Part shown: piece after piece, positions 34,957-48,498 of the stretch | How positions within the stretch are numbered: position 1 is the first letter of the stretch | Layout: the number at the start of each line of letters is the position of its first letter | Source: Scenedesmus sp. PABB004 | Lineage: Eukaryota | Direction of reading: 5' to 3' | Length of the DNA: 64,000 nucleotides | Assembly: GCA_014905635.1 (NCBI GenBank) | Contig: JABVCE010000036.1 | Span: 1 to 64,000, forward strand | Position numbers and translations under genes: made by a program | The notes under the pieces: model-generated | Databases searched by the model: none | Told to the model about the DNA's origin: nothing | What the model saw: the letters and a program-made list of their open reading frames with translations, nothing else

Positions 34957-36860
34957 ATGCAGGCCGCCAGGGCGGCGGCGTCGTTGCCGGCCGGAGCTGG
35001 CGGCCGCCGCTCTCTGCTGCCGACGGCGCGGCGGCAGCGCGCGGCTCCGGCGCCGCGGACGGCGCCCGCCCCGCGCGCGGCGGCGGCGGCGGCGGCGGCC
35101 GACGGCGCCGGCGGCAGCGGGGCGGCCGGCGATGGCGGCGCGTGGCGGCCGGCGATGCGCTTTACCGCGGGCGCACTGCTGCTCTGCAACGTGCACCGCA
35201 ACGCCTTCAGCGTGCTGCTGCCTCAGCTCGGGCTGTCGCCGAGCGCGGCGGGGTCGGTGCAGGCGGCGGGGCTGCTGTTCTACCTGATCGGCCAGCTGCC
35301 CGCGGGCCGCCTCGCCGACACGCTCGGCGCGCGCTTGCTCGTCGCCAGCCTGGCCGTGTGGTCCGCGGCGACCGCGGCGACCGCGGTCGGCGCGTTGCCC
35401 GGCGCGGCGACGGCGGGCGGGCTCGCGGCGCTGGTGTGCGCGCGGGCGGTCATGGGCCTCGCGTCCGCCGCCGCGATGCCCTGCGTCACCGCCGTCAGCG
35501 CGCAGCGTGTCCCCGCGGCGCAGCGCGGCGGCGCCGTGTCGGGCGTGTACGCGGCGTTCAACCTGGGTGCGACACCGAGGGGCGCGGGCGTGCGCCAGCG
35601 CCGCGCCAGCACCCCTGCCGCGCTGACGCCCGCGCTGACGCCTGCGCCGCGCCGCGCAGGCGGCGTGCTGGGCCTCGCGCTGACGCCGCCCCTCGCCCTG
35701 GCGGTCGGCCTGCCCGGCGCGTTCCTCGTCACGGTGCGCCGGCGCTGGCGCGGCAGCGCGTCGCGCGCGCGGGCCGTGCCAGCCCGCGGCCCACGCGCGC
35801 TCGCCGTCGCGCGCAGGGCGCGGCGGGCCTCGCGTGGGCTGCCCTGGGCGCTGCCACCCTGCCCGCGGCCAGCGCGGCCGGCGCGGCGGCTGCTGCGGCG
35901 CCGCCGGGCGTCGACGCAGCCGGCAAGCGCCTGCCGGCACAGCAGCCGGGCGGCTGGCAGCTGTCGCAGCTGCCGGGCGAGACCTGGCGGCAGCTCGGCG
36001 TGCTGTGCTACACGCACGCCGTGATGGGGTGCGCCCGCGCACGCGCGCCGCTGCGCGCCGTGGCCCCGCCGGCGCCGGCGCGCGCGCCCTGCGGCTGACG
36101 CCGTCGCGGCGCCCTGCTCCGCCCCGCCCCGCTCCGCCCCGCCCTGCTCCGCCCCCGCGCCCCCCCCCACGTGCCCCGCCTGCCCAGCTGGTCGTTCTTC
36201 ATCCTGCTCAACTTTGTGCCCCTCATCCTCACCGCGGTGGGCGGCGCGGGCGCGGCCGCGACGACGACGGGGCTGCTCTCGTCCGTGCCCTGGCTCTTTG
36301 CGACGCTGTCGGGGCCCCTCGCCGGCCGCGCGGCCGACGCGCTGATCGCGGCCGGCCGGCCGACGCTGGGCGTGCGGCGGCTGTTCCAAAACGTCTGCTT
36401 CCTCGGCGGCGCGCTGTCGGTGCTGCCGCTCGCCTGCGCACCGGCCCCGAGCACGGCGCTCGCCGTGGCGTGCCTGACCGGCGCGCTCGCGTGCTACAGC
36501 GCCTCCCACAGCGGCTTCCACGCGCACCTGCAGGACGTCTGCGGAGCCAACGCGGGCGTGGTGCGGCGCGGCGGCGCGGCGGGCGCCGGGGCCGGGCGGC
36601 GGGCGCGCGCGGCTCCCGCGCAGCTGCGGCGACGTGTTGCTGCCGCCGCGCTCACGCGCCCCCGTGTCCCCCGCCCGCAGGTCATCGGACTGACCAACAG
36701 CTGCTCCATCGCCGTCGGCATCCTCGGCAACCTCGCGGCCGGCTGGCTGGCCGACGCGAGCGGGTCGTACGGGGCCGTGTTTGCAGCGACCGCCGCGCTC
36801 AACCTCAGCGCCGCCGCGCTGTTCAGCGCAGCAACGAGCGGCACAAAACTCAAGTTTTGA
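34957..36860 (+). CDS. MFS anion:cation symporter (PHT4/ANTR-like) with probable transit peptide
   Basis: LCNVHRNAFSV, GQLPAGRLADTLGARL, RAVMGLA, WSFFILLNFVP, GRAADALI..VRRLFQ, HLQDV..NAGV|VIGLTNS. Confidence 0.85.
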
Positions 36861-36998
36861 GTCGTCATCCAGTTCTTTGCGCGCAACCCTGCCCTCGCCC
36901 GGGCCCGCAGCGATTGCTGCGGCGGCGCGCGCCTAGCCGAGCGGTGCTGCCGGGCATGAGCGCCCGGCGCGTGTGTGCGTGAGGGGCCAGGCAGGCCC

Positions 36999-37763
36999 TC
37001 AGCCGCCCGCATGTGGCTGCCGGTAAACCACGACCGGCACGCCGCGCGAGCGCCGCAGCAGTGTGCGCGTCACCGAGCCGAGGAAAAACTCCTGCAGGCC
37101 CTGCCTCCCGTGGCTGGCCACGACGATCGCCGCCGCGTCCAGCTCCTCCGCCTTTTCCGCCAGCAGGCCGGCGACGCTGTCTGGGCCGTCGGCGCCGACG
37201 ATGAGGTGCGCAGAGCAGGGGAGCGCCGCCGCGCTGACCACGGGCGCGAACGCGGCGCGGACCATCGCCGCGGCCTCCCTGAACTCCTCGCGCTCCAGCG
37301 CGTCGTCGGGGGGCGTAAACACGCCGGGCCAGCCGTGCAGCGTGGGCGGCTCATGTATGATGTGCACGAGGTGCAGCACGTCGCCCGCCCGGCACAGCTG
37401 CGCGGTCGCCCAGCGCAGCGCGTCCACGCTGGCGCCGCTGTTGTCGACGCCCACCACGATGTGCCGCGCGCCGCCATCAGCAGCCTCGCTCGCCGCGCCG
37501 AGGCTGATAGTGCTCGCCGCGCTGCGCTCCATCGATCGGCAGGCGGCCGGCGAGCGGCGCCGCGGCGTGGCGCCGCCGCCGCCGCTGCTCGGGTGCCGCC
37601 GCCGCCGCCGCCGCAGCTTTTTCGCCGCCGCTGCCGCCGCTGCTGCCGCTGCCGCTGCCGCCGCTGCTGCTGCCGCCGGTGCAGGGAGAAGTCCGCCACC
37701 GGTTTGTGTCCCAGAGCACGCCGTGCCAGGGAGACTCGGGATGTGGGCGGCGCGCGGCGGCAC
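36999..37763 (-). CDS. Universal stress protein A (USP) domain protein, intronless
   Basis: RHIVVGVDNSGASVDALRWA..GDVLHLVHI..IVVASHGRQGLQEFFLGSVTRTLL..PVVV. Start may be 37763 or a downstream Met. Confidence 0.92.
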   Translation of the reverse strand: MPPRAAHIPSLPGTACSGTQTGGGLLPAPAAAAAAAAAAAAAAAAAAKKLRRRRRRHPSSGGGGATPRRRSPAACRSMERSAASTISLGAASEAADGGARHIVVGVDNSGASVDALRWATAQLCRAGDVLHLVHIIHEPPTLHGWPGVFTPPDDALEREEFREAAAMVRAAFAPVVSAAALPCSAHLIVGADGPDSVAGLLAEKAEELDAAAIVVASHGRQGLQEFFLGSVTRTLLRRSRGVPVVVYRQPHAGG

Positions 37764-37965
37764 CGCCGGAGCGAGCGGCGGCGCGTTAAACGCGGTCGCT
37801 GCTGTGCCCTGGACCCCGCTGGCCTAGTCCTCTGCGCGCGGGCGGCGCAATGCGCAGAGCCAGTGCCGCGCCGCGAGCATGGGCAACGCCGCCAGCACCG
37901 CGAAGCAGCTCGAGCACCCGGGCGCGGCTGCGCAGGTGCTGCCGCCGCCGCCGCCGCGCAGCAAG

Positions 37966-41035
<3,070 letters not shown>

Positions 41036-41289
41036 AAGGGCGGCCGTGCGCGGCTGGAACGACCGTGATCGGCGGGCGCGTCCGCCGGTCAACGCCGTCC
41101 GCGCCGGTCAACGGGCGTGTTTTCCGGCCCTGTCTCATGCTGCGCCCTCCCCCGCGCTCCCTCGAACCCCGCAGTGCGTGCGTGCTCGCAGGCAGCGACC
41201 GGCCGGCGGTGCAGCGAGCGGACCAGCCGGCGCCGCGCGGCGGAGCAGCGCCGGCCGACCAGGCGCCCCTGCTTGCCCTTGAGCGCGCA

Positions 41290-43271
41290 ATGCGCTCTCC
41301 CGACCCCGGCACCCCGGGAGGCGCGTGGAAGCCGGGGGTGCCGGAGGCGCAGCCGTTCGCTGCCTGGACACGCGGCTGCGGCTCGCGCATCGCCTTCAAC
41401 GACGCGCTCGCGCCCGGCTGGGCCGCGGCGTGCAAGCTCTGCGAGGGCAGTCCGACCCGAGAGCTTGCGGCAGGCGCCGAGCCGCGCTACCGGCCGGTGC
41501 GCTGCGGTCGGCGGCGGCGCGCGCGCGGTCTGCGCCGCGGACTGAGCCGGCGCCGCCCGCCGCCGCCGCCGCAGCCGGTGCAGCTGGTCGTCCTGAGCGG
41601 CCAGCTGCAGCGGCTCGCGCCGTCGCCGCCCCTCCGCTTCACGTCGCCAGGCAGCGCCGCCAGCCAACAGGCCATCAGCCCCGTGCCGGCCGGCAGCGTG
41701 CGCTGGGCGGCCGACGCGGGCACGCAGACCTCGCTGCCCTGGCTGGCGCGTGACCTGGCGCGCCTCGGCGAGCCGCAGCCCCTCGGCGCGGCGCCGCCCA
41801 CGTGCTGCGCGTGCTGCCCCCGCCCCTGCCCCAGCGCGCGGCCGTGCGCCTCGAGCCCCGTGCGCGCGCAGGCAGACCAGGTGCTTGGTGTTCGCGCGCG
41901 GGGGGCGGACTGCTGCGCGGCGTGCGCCGCGCGGGCGGAGCCGCGCCTGATCGAGGCGCCCGCGAGCACCCCGCGCCGCGGCAGCGCCGGCCCCTGGCGG
42001 CTGAGCCGGCGCCCGCAGTCGCAGCAGCTCCAGCAGGACTGGGTGCCCGGCGGCGGCAGGGGCCCTGTCGCACCGGGCGCGGGCGGCGCGGGCGGTGTGC
42101 CAGCGCGCGCCCGCGCGCAGTCGGCGGGCGCGGCGGCGCAGGCCGCCCGGCGGCAGCTCCAGGGGTCAGCCAAGTACGCCGCGCTCGGCCGGGCGGCGGC
42201 GGCGCAGGCGCGCGCGGAGCACCTGGCGCGGCAGCCGGCCCCGGCTCCGCGGGGGCAGCACGCGCCGGCGTGCGGCGGGGCGGTCGTCATCGTTGCCACA
42301 CCGCTGCGCGACGGCATGCGCGAGCGCGCCGCCACAGGCAGCCCCGCCGCAGGCGCAGCGCTCACGCCCGCGCCACGGGAGGCCGCGGCCGGGAGCGAGG
42401 CGCCGCGACGCGCGCGTGCGCTGGAGCTCGGCGGCGCGGCGGCGGGGCCCGCTGGTGGCGACGCCCTCAAGTTGTCGCTGGGGGCGCTTCTGAGCCAGCG
42501 CAGGCTGGCGTCGGCCGGCGCGCGCGGCGTCACGGCTGGGGGGAGCCCTGGCTGCCGGCCGGGCGCGGTGCCAGCGCCAGCGCGAGGCGCAGGCAGCCCA
42601 GCGCTGCCAGCGGGCACGCGCTGGCGGCTGGCAGGGCCGCGGTGCCGCTGCAGCGGCGGCCGCCAGAGCAGGCGCGGCGGGGGCCCGCAGCCGGGCCGTC
42701 GGGGTCGCGCGTGGCGGCGAGCCTGGGGGGCTGGAGCGTGGGCGACAGCGATCAGCTGCCCACCACCGGCTGCGGCTGGGAGTCCGGCGCGCGGCCGTGG
42801 AGCGCGTCGTCCCTGGAGGCCGACCTGGCCATCGCGCAGCGCGAGGCTGCGCGCCTGGACGGCGACGGCGGTGCACCTGAGGCGCGCGACAGCGAGCCGG
42901 GCTGGGGGCTGAGACTTCCAGCGCGTTGCTGCCACGTTGGCGGCGGCAGCACAGCCGCCGGCGCCGGTCGCACAGACGGCGCGTGCGTGGCGCTCGGCAG
43001 CGTGTCCGGGCACCTCGTGCCGGCGGGCAGCAGCGGCGGGGGCAGCCTTGACCTCGCGGCGGACGAGGACGAGGCCCTGCGCGACTGGCTCGGCCTGGGC
43101 GCGGAGCCCGGCGAGGAGCTCGGGCTGGCCGCGCAGGGCGGCGACGCGCCGGCGACGACGGGAGCTGGCGGCGAGCCGCCGTTCGGGCTGGCGGCGCTGC
43201 TGGACAGCACGGGGAGCCTGTCGCCGCCGGGCAGCCCCGCGCGCTCGCCGTCGGCTGACGTCGAGGGTTGA
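41290..43271 (+). CDS. Hypothetical low-complexity protein, exon structure uncertain
   Basis: Coding-like GC3 segments (AFNDALAPGWAAACKLC, PVQLVVLSGQLQRL, SLEADLAIAQREA, DEALRDWLGL) separated by GT-AG sites; no recognisable domain. Confidence 0.4.
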
Positions 43272-43325
43272 GGGCGCAACCTTCGAACCGCGCGCGCCCG
43301 TGCGCAGGCATCTGCGCCTCTCCCG

Positions 43326-43965
43326 GGCCGCTCCAGGCAGACGGCGCCCGCTCCCATGCGCTGCGCTCGCTTGCTGGCACGCTGGCAGCCGCGCCAGCAG
43401 CGCGCCGTGCACCAGCCCAGCCCCCCTGTGTAGCGGGCCGCGCAGCGCTGCCCGAATGCTGCTCTCCGTGCCCTCCGCGGTGGGCCTCACCATCAGGGCG
43501 CACGCGCCCGCCCTGCTCCGCGCCGCGCGCGCGTGCGCGAGCTATCGGGCGCCCTGCCGGGACGCCCCCGGCCTCGCGGCGCCCGCGTCGGCGCTGCCGC
43601 TGCTCTGGGCGGAGCCGCGCCTCGAACCCCGCCTGCAGGCGACGGAGGCAGCGGCCTGCGACGGCGGCCCGGAGCTGCTCAGGTGCGGGTTGGCCATCGA
43701 CGGTCCGGGACCGCCCCGGTGCGGAGGGCCCCCGCCAGGGCGAGGCGGGGCCGGGCCGTGGGCGGCGCGCGCGATCGGTGCCTCGGGGGCGGTGTGCGGC
43801 TCGCTCGGACGCGCTGGCCGCGCAGCGGGCGCGGTGCAGCGTCAGCCCATCCCGCTGACCCGCGCGCCGCGGCGCCGCGGGCGCGGCCGCGGGCGTTGCC
43901 ACGTGCCCGGGCGGGCTTACAGGCTGTGGGGAGGCGACTGTGGCGTTGCCGCACCGCGGCGGCGC
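43326..43965 (+). repeat. Direct repeat B, copy 1 (about 640 bp)
   Basis: Nearly identical to 45593-46231; I noticed one G indel and one T/C change. Confidence 0.95.
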
Positions 43966-44923
43966 TGCCGCGGAGCTCTGCCGCTCAAGCCAGCCGCTGC
44001 CGCTGCCGCTGCCGCACTCAGGTATCGAACCCAGTTCCCGGATTCCATGTGGTCGCACCTCGCAGGCCTGCTGCAGGCGAAGCCCTTCCCCGTGGCCGTC
44101 GACCTGGGCGCCGCCGCCGCCGGCGCGGCGGGCCCGGCCCTCGCCCAGCGGTGCGCGCCGCGCCGCGCGCCCGGCCGCGGGGCCCGGCGCGGCCCGCCCT
44201 CGCTCCCACCTGACCCGCCGCCGCCCGCCGCCCGCCCCCCGCGCGCCGATCAGCGGCTTCCGCGTGGCCGCCGCGCCGCGCCCCGGCGCGCTGCCCCGCC
44301 TGCCGGCGGGCTGCGGCGACCTCGTCGCGTGCCTGCCCGGCCCGCCCGCGCCCGCGGCCGCGGGCGAGCTGCTCGCCGAGGCGCGGCGGCTGCTCGCGCC
44401 GGGCGGGCTGCTCGCGGTCGGCTGGAATGACCGCGACCTCAGCAGCCCGTTTGTCGCCGACCTGGAGGCCCTGCTGGAGGGGCTAAACCCCGACTACGCG
44501 CGCGCCGCGCGCCAGCACAGCCCCGGCGCCGTGTCGCCCGCGCTGTCCGACGGCGGCGCGCTGTCGCTCGTGTCGTTCACGACGCACGCGCACGCGCTCC
44601 CGCTCGCGCGCGCCGGCGCGCTCGCCGACCTGCTCGGCGGCCTCGCCTGCGTGCGGCCGCGCCTCGCCGCGAGCAGCGCGGCGCGCAAGGCCTTCCACCG
44701 CGACGTGGCGGGCCTCGTGGACGACCACTTTGGCGGCCGCCCCGTGGAGCTGCCGCTGCTGGCCAAGCTCTACGTGCTCACCAAGGCGCCACCCGCTTCG
44801 GCGGCCGCGCGCTGCGCCGCCTGCGGCGCGGCCGCCGCGCATGGCGGCAGCGCCGGCGCCGCCGCCGACGCGGCGGAGCCGTGCCCCGACTGCATGCAGC
44901 GCCACGTGCGCACGCGCACGTGA
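43456..44923 (+). CDS. Class I SAM-methyltransferase-like protein (type 11 family) with degenerate motif I
   Basis: YRTQFP (cf. YRPxYP), VAVDLGA, LPAGCGDLVAC, LAEARRLLAPGGLLAVGWNDRDLSSPF. Exon 1 runs 43456-43682 with a GT donor. Confidence 0.65.
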
Positions 44924-45592
44924 GCCGCGGCGGCGCGGGGCGCGCGCAGCTAGCTTAGAGGCCGCAAGGCTGTCTCATGCGTGCGCGCGACGCCAGAGCT
45001 CACCTGGTTTGGGGAGGGAGGGAGGATGGAGGGAAGGCGGAGGGAGAGGGGCGGTGGGACTCGCACGGACGCAAGTGTGCTGCTGGGCCGTGGCTGCGGG
45101 GGGCCGAACCGCTGCAGCCGCGCTCGGCGGCGCGTCAGATGATCACATCGCGCGGGCCGCTGGTGGCGGCACCGGCGGCTGCACAACTTGACCGCTACGC
45201 GAGACTGCAGGTTTGCCCGGGCCGCAGTTTTGGGCGCGCACGAGTTTTGCCGGCGGCGCATGCATCTGTCCAGGGCGGCGGTGGCGCGGCGGTGGCGGCC
45301 TTCCTAGTGTTTTTTGACCGCATGACTTCAAATGCTTCAAATCCAATCATTTGCGCCCTCGCATGCGCGTGCGCGCAGGCCCTTTGTGCGGCGCCTCCGG
45401 CGCGCCACCACCCCCTGCCCCCTGGTCTGGTCTGGTGCCGAGTCGGTGTTGGTTTCGTTCGTTCGTTGGCCGCGAGCGGCTGAGCACTCGTTGCGGGCGC
45501 GGGGGCCGGCACGGCACAGCAGGCAACCTCGGACAACCTTGGACGCGGGCGCACGTGCCGTGTTCACCGGCCGCTCACGTGCCGTGTTCACC

Positions 45593-46231
45593 GGCCGCTC
45601 CAGGCAGACGGCGCCCGCTCCCATGCGCTGCGCTCGCTTGCTGGCACGCTGGCAGCCGCGCCAGCAGCGCGCCGTGCACCAGCCCAGCCCCCCTGTGTAG
45701 CGGGCCGCGCAGCGCTGCCCGAATGCTGCTCTCCGTGCCCTCCGCGGTGGGCCTCACCATCAGGGCGCACGCGCCCGCCCTGCTCCGCGCCGCGCGCGCG
45801 TGCGCGAGCTATCGGGCGCCCTGCCGGGACGCCCCCGGCCTCGCGGCGCCCGCGTCGGCGCTGCCGCTGCTCTGGGCGGAGCCGCGCCTCGAACCCCGCC
45901 TGCAGGCGACGGAGGCAGCGGCCTGCGACGGCGGCCCGGAGCTGCTCAGGTGCGGGTTGGCCATCGACGGTCCGGGACCGCCCCGGTGCGGAGGGCCCCC
46001 GCCAGGGCGAGGCGGGGCCGGGCCGTGGGCGGCGCGCGCGATCGGTGCCTCGGGGCGGTGTGCGGCTCGCTCGGACGCGCTGGCCGCGCAGCGGGCGCGG
46101 TGCAGCGTCAGCCCATCCCGCTGACCCGCGCGCCGCGGCGCCGCGGGCGCGGCCGCGGGCGTTGCCACGCGCCCGGGCGGGCTTACAGGCTGTGGGGAGG
46201 CGACTGTGGCGTTGCCGCACCGCGGCGGCGC
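45593..46231 (+). pseudogene. Direct repeat B, copy 2: truncated duplicate of the methyltransferase 5' region, exon 1 and intron 1
   Basis: Same sequence as 43326-43965 including the ATG at 45723; ends about 45 bp from the stop of the convergent CAP59-like gene. Confidence 0.8.
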
Positions 46232-46276
46232 AGGCAACACGGGCGCTGTTACCCCGTCGCGCAGCGCTCGCAGCCC

Positions 46277-48322
46277 CTAGGCGGCGGCCGCGCCGGCCCT
46301 CGCGGCCCCGGCGAGCGCGTCTGCGGTGAAGTTGTGTGCGAGCGGGTCCACCATGCGGCAGTCGGCCGCAAAGTTGACGTACGACCGCCCCGGCCGCAGG
46401 TCGCAGCACTCCACCAGCCTCGCGGCGCCGCCGCCGCCGCCACGTGCGCGCAGCGCGAGCGCCGCCGACGCGTCCGCGACCTCGGCCCACGGCAGGCGCG
46501 GGCCGAGGCCCGGCGGCTCCGCGGCGCGCGCCGGCGCGCGCGCGCTCGCCGCGGCGCCGCCGAGCGCGTCGACCTGGGCAGCGTCGTACGCGAGGCGCAC
46601 GCCCGGGTCGAGCACGGCGTGCGTCAGCCCCAGGCGCGACAGGTCGTCGCAGAGCAGGCTCGCCTCGCTGCCCGCGCACTCGCCGGGGAGGTGGGCGCGG
46701 AAGCGCAGCCCCGGGTCGACAAACGGCGCGCCGCGCAGCACCGCGAGCCCGTTCCAGCAGCACGCGCACGCCACGGGCTGCCCCGCGGCCAGGCGCGCCG
46801 CGCTGGGCGCGTGCGTGACGTAGGGGGGCCCGTTGACGAGGCGCCGCCCCGACGCGTCGCGGCACACCCACTGCGGCGCGCGGCGCGCGGTGCGGCGTGT
46901 CTGGCGAGCGACCGCTGCGCTGTCGCAGGGGGCGCCCCGGGCACAGCCCCGCTCCCGCCCCCCCCCCCCCTCCCTCCCCCTCCCGCCCAGGTCCAGGCCC
47001 AGGCCCAGGCGCACCTTGTCGTAGAAGCGCAGCCCGCCGCCGCCCCCGCCGCCGCGTGGGGCGCGCGTGCCGCGCTCGCGGTCGGGGTCAAACACGTCGT
47101 CGGCGGCGCCGCCGTCGCTGCCGCCGCCGCCGGCCCGGGCCTGGGCCTGCCAGGGCGCTGTGTAAAAGTCCATGCCGCACGCGAGGTCGGCGCGGTGCAG
47201 CGCCAGCCGCGCCACGTCTTCCACGCACAGCAGCACGTCGTTTGCAAAGACGAGCGTGTCGGGCGGCAGGCCGCTGCTGCCGCCGCCGCCGCCGCTGAGC
47301 GTCAGGAGCGCGCTGCCCGCCGCCGCGCGCGCGGGCGCCGCGCGCCGCCGCCACGGCAGCGTCCAGGGGCCGCGCGCCGGTGCCGGCGGCGGCAGCGGCT
47401 GCCGCGGCTGCTGCCCCGGCGGCGCCGCCGCGTCCGCGCCGTCGCCAAGCCAGGGCTGCAGCGCCGCGTTGCGCAGCGCCGCGAGCAGCGCGATGCGCTG
47501 CAGCCCGCTGCGGGGCGACAGGCCGCCCGCGAGCGTGATGGTGTGGCGCACGCGCAGCGGCAGCAGCAGCTGGTGCAGCAGCGTCAGCCACAGCCGGCTC
47601 GTGTCGCTGCTGCCGCTCTCGTACACTGATACGGCGAGGTGCCCCGGCGGCAGCAGCAGCGCGAGGCGCAGCGCCTGCGCCGTGAAGTGGGGCAGCACGC
47701 CCGCGCTGTTGTGGAAGTTGGCCGCCAGCAGGTACACGCGGCGCCCCGGCGCGTCCGCGCCGCCGCCTCCGTGCCAGGCCGCGAGCAGCGAGGCGTCGCT
47801 GCGGCAGCGCAGCACGCCGCCGTCGGCCGCCAGCACCGCCACCGCCTCTGCCAGGAACGCCTGCAGCGCACCGCTGCTGCTGGTGCCGTTGGTGCTGCTG
47901 CTGGTGCTGCTGCTGGTGCTGGTGCTGGTGCTGGTGCTTCTGCTGCCATCGCTGCTGCCGCCACCGTCCGGCTGCAGGCGCGTCAGCGCAGCGCGGTACG
48001 CGGCCCGCAGCTCGGCCGAGCCCAGCGGCGCCGCGCGCAGCGCGTCCGCCAGCAGGGCTCGCGAGGCCGCAAGCTGCGGATAGGGGAAGCCCAGGTCGGG
48101 CAGCCCCGCCTCTGGCGCCGCCGGGGCGGCGCGGCCCGCGGCGCCGAGCGCTCGCTGCTGCTGCCGCGCCGCCGCGCCGCCGCGCTGCGACCACGAGCGC
48201 GGAGCCGCGATATGCGTGACCAGAAAGACCAGAAGGGCGCAGCCGGCCAGGCACAGGCCCGCCACGCCGCGCCAGCGAGCCGCGGCGCGCCGCTGCTGCC
48301 GGGGCGGTTGCGGTCGCCGCAT
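46277..48322 (-). CDS. CAP59/CMT1-like alpha-1,3-mannosyltransferase (GT69)
   Basis: Type II TM, LAANFHNS, VSVYESGSSD, RIALLAALRNAALQP, VFANDV, DLACGMDF, FYDK|WVCRD, CCWNGL, LRFR..EC..SE..LLCDD. Confidence 0.85.
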   Translation of the reverse strand: MRRPQPPRQQRRAAARWRGVAGLCLAGCALLVFLVTHIAAPRSWSQRGGAAARQQQRALGAAGRAAPAAPEAGLPDLGFPYPQLAASRALLADALRAAPLGSAELRAAYRAALTRLQPDGGGSSDGSRSTSTSTSTSSSTSSSTNGTSSSGALQAFLAEAVAVLAADGGVLRCRSDASLLAAWHGGGGADAPGRRVYLLAANFHNSAGVLPHFTAQALRLALLLPPGHLAVSVYESGSSDTSRLWLTLLHQLLLPLRVRHTITLAGGLSPRSGLQRIALLAALRNAALQPWLGDGADAAAPPGQQPRQPLPPPAPARGPWTLPWRRRAAPARAAAGSALLTLSGGGGGSSGLPPDTLVFANDVLLCVEDVARLALHRADLACGMDFYTAPWQAQARAGGGGSDGGAADDVFDPDRERGTRAPRGGGGGGGLRFYDKVRLGLGLDLGGRGREGGGGRERGCARGAPCDSAAVARQTRRTARRAPQWVCRDASGRRLVNGPPYVTHAPSAARLAAGQPVACACCWNGLAVLRGAPFVDPGLRFRAHLPGECAGSEASLLCDDLSRLGLTHAVLDPGVRLAYDAAQVDALGGAAASARAPARAAEPPGLGPRLPWAEVADASAALALRARGGGGGAARLVECCDLRPGRSYVNFAADCRMVDPLAHNFTADALAGAARAGAAAA

Positions 48323-48498
48323 CGGCGGCGCATGTCAGCGGCCGGGGTGCGCGTGTGACGTGCTGCGGCCGCGGCGCTGCGCGGCGGGGCGGCCAAGCCA
48401 CGCGCGGTGCGGCGCGCAGGGCCCAGCGCGGCGGTCCAAGAGCGAACGCGTTGACGCAGGGCCCAGCACGCCCGCCGCTCACGCCGCCCTCGCCCACG

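Noticed and set aside
43326..46231. Repeat B (and repeat A) as LTRs of a retrotransposon
   Set aside because: No TG..CA termini, primer-binding site, polypurine tract or gag/pol seen. The repeats correspond to 5' regions of host genes.
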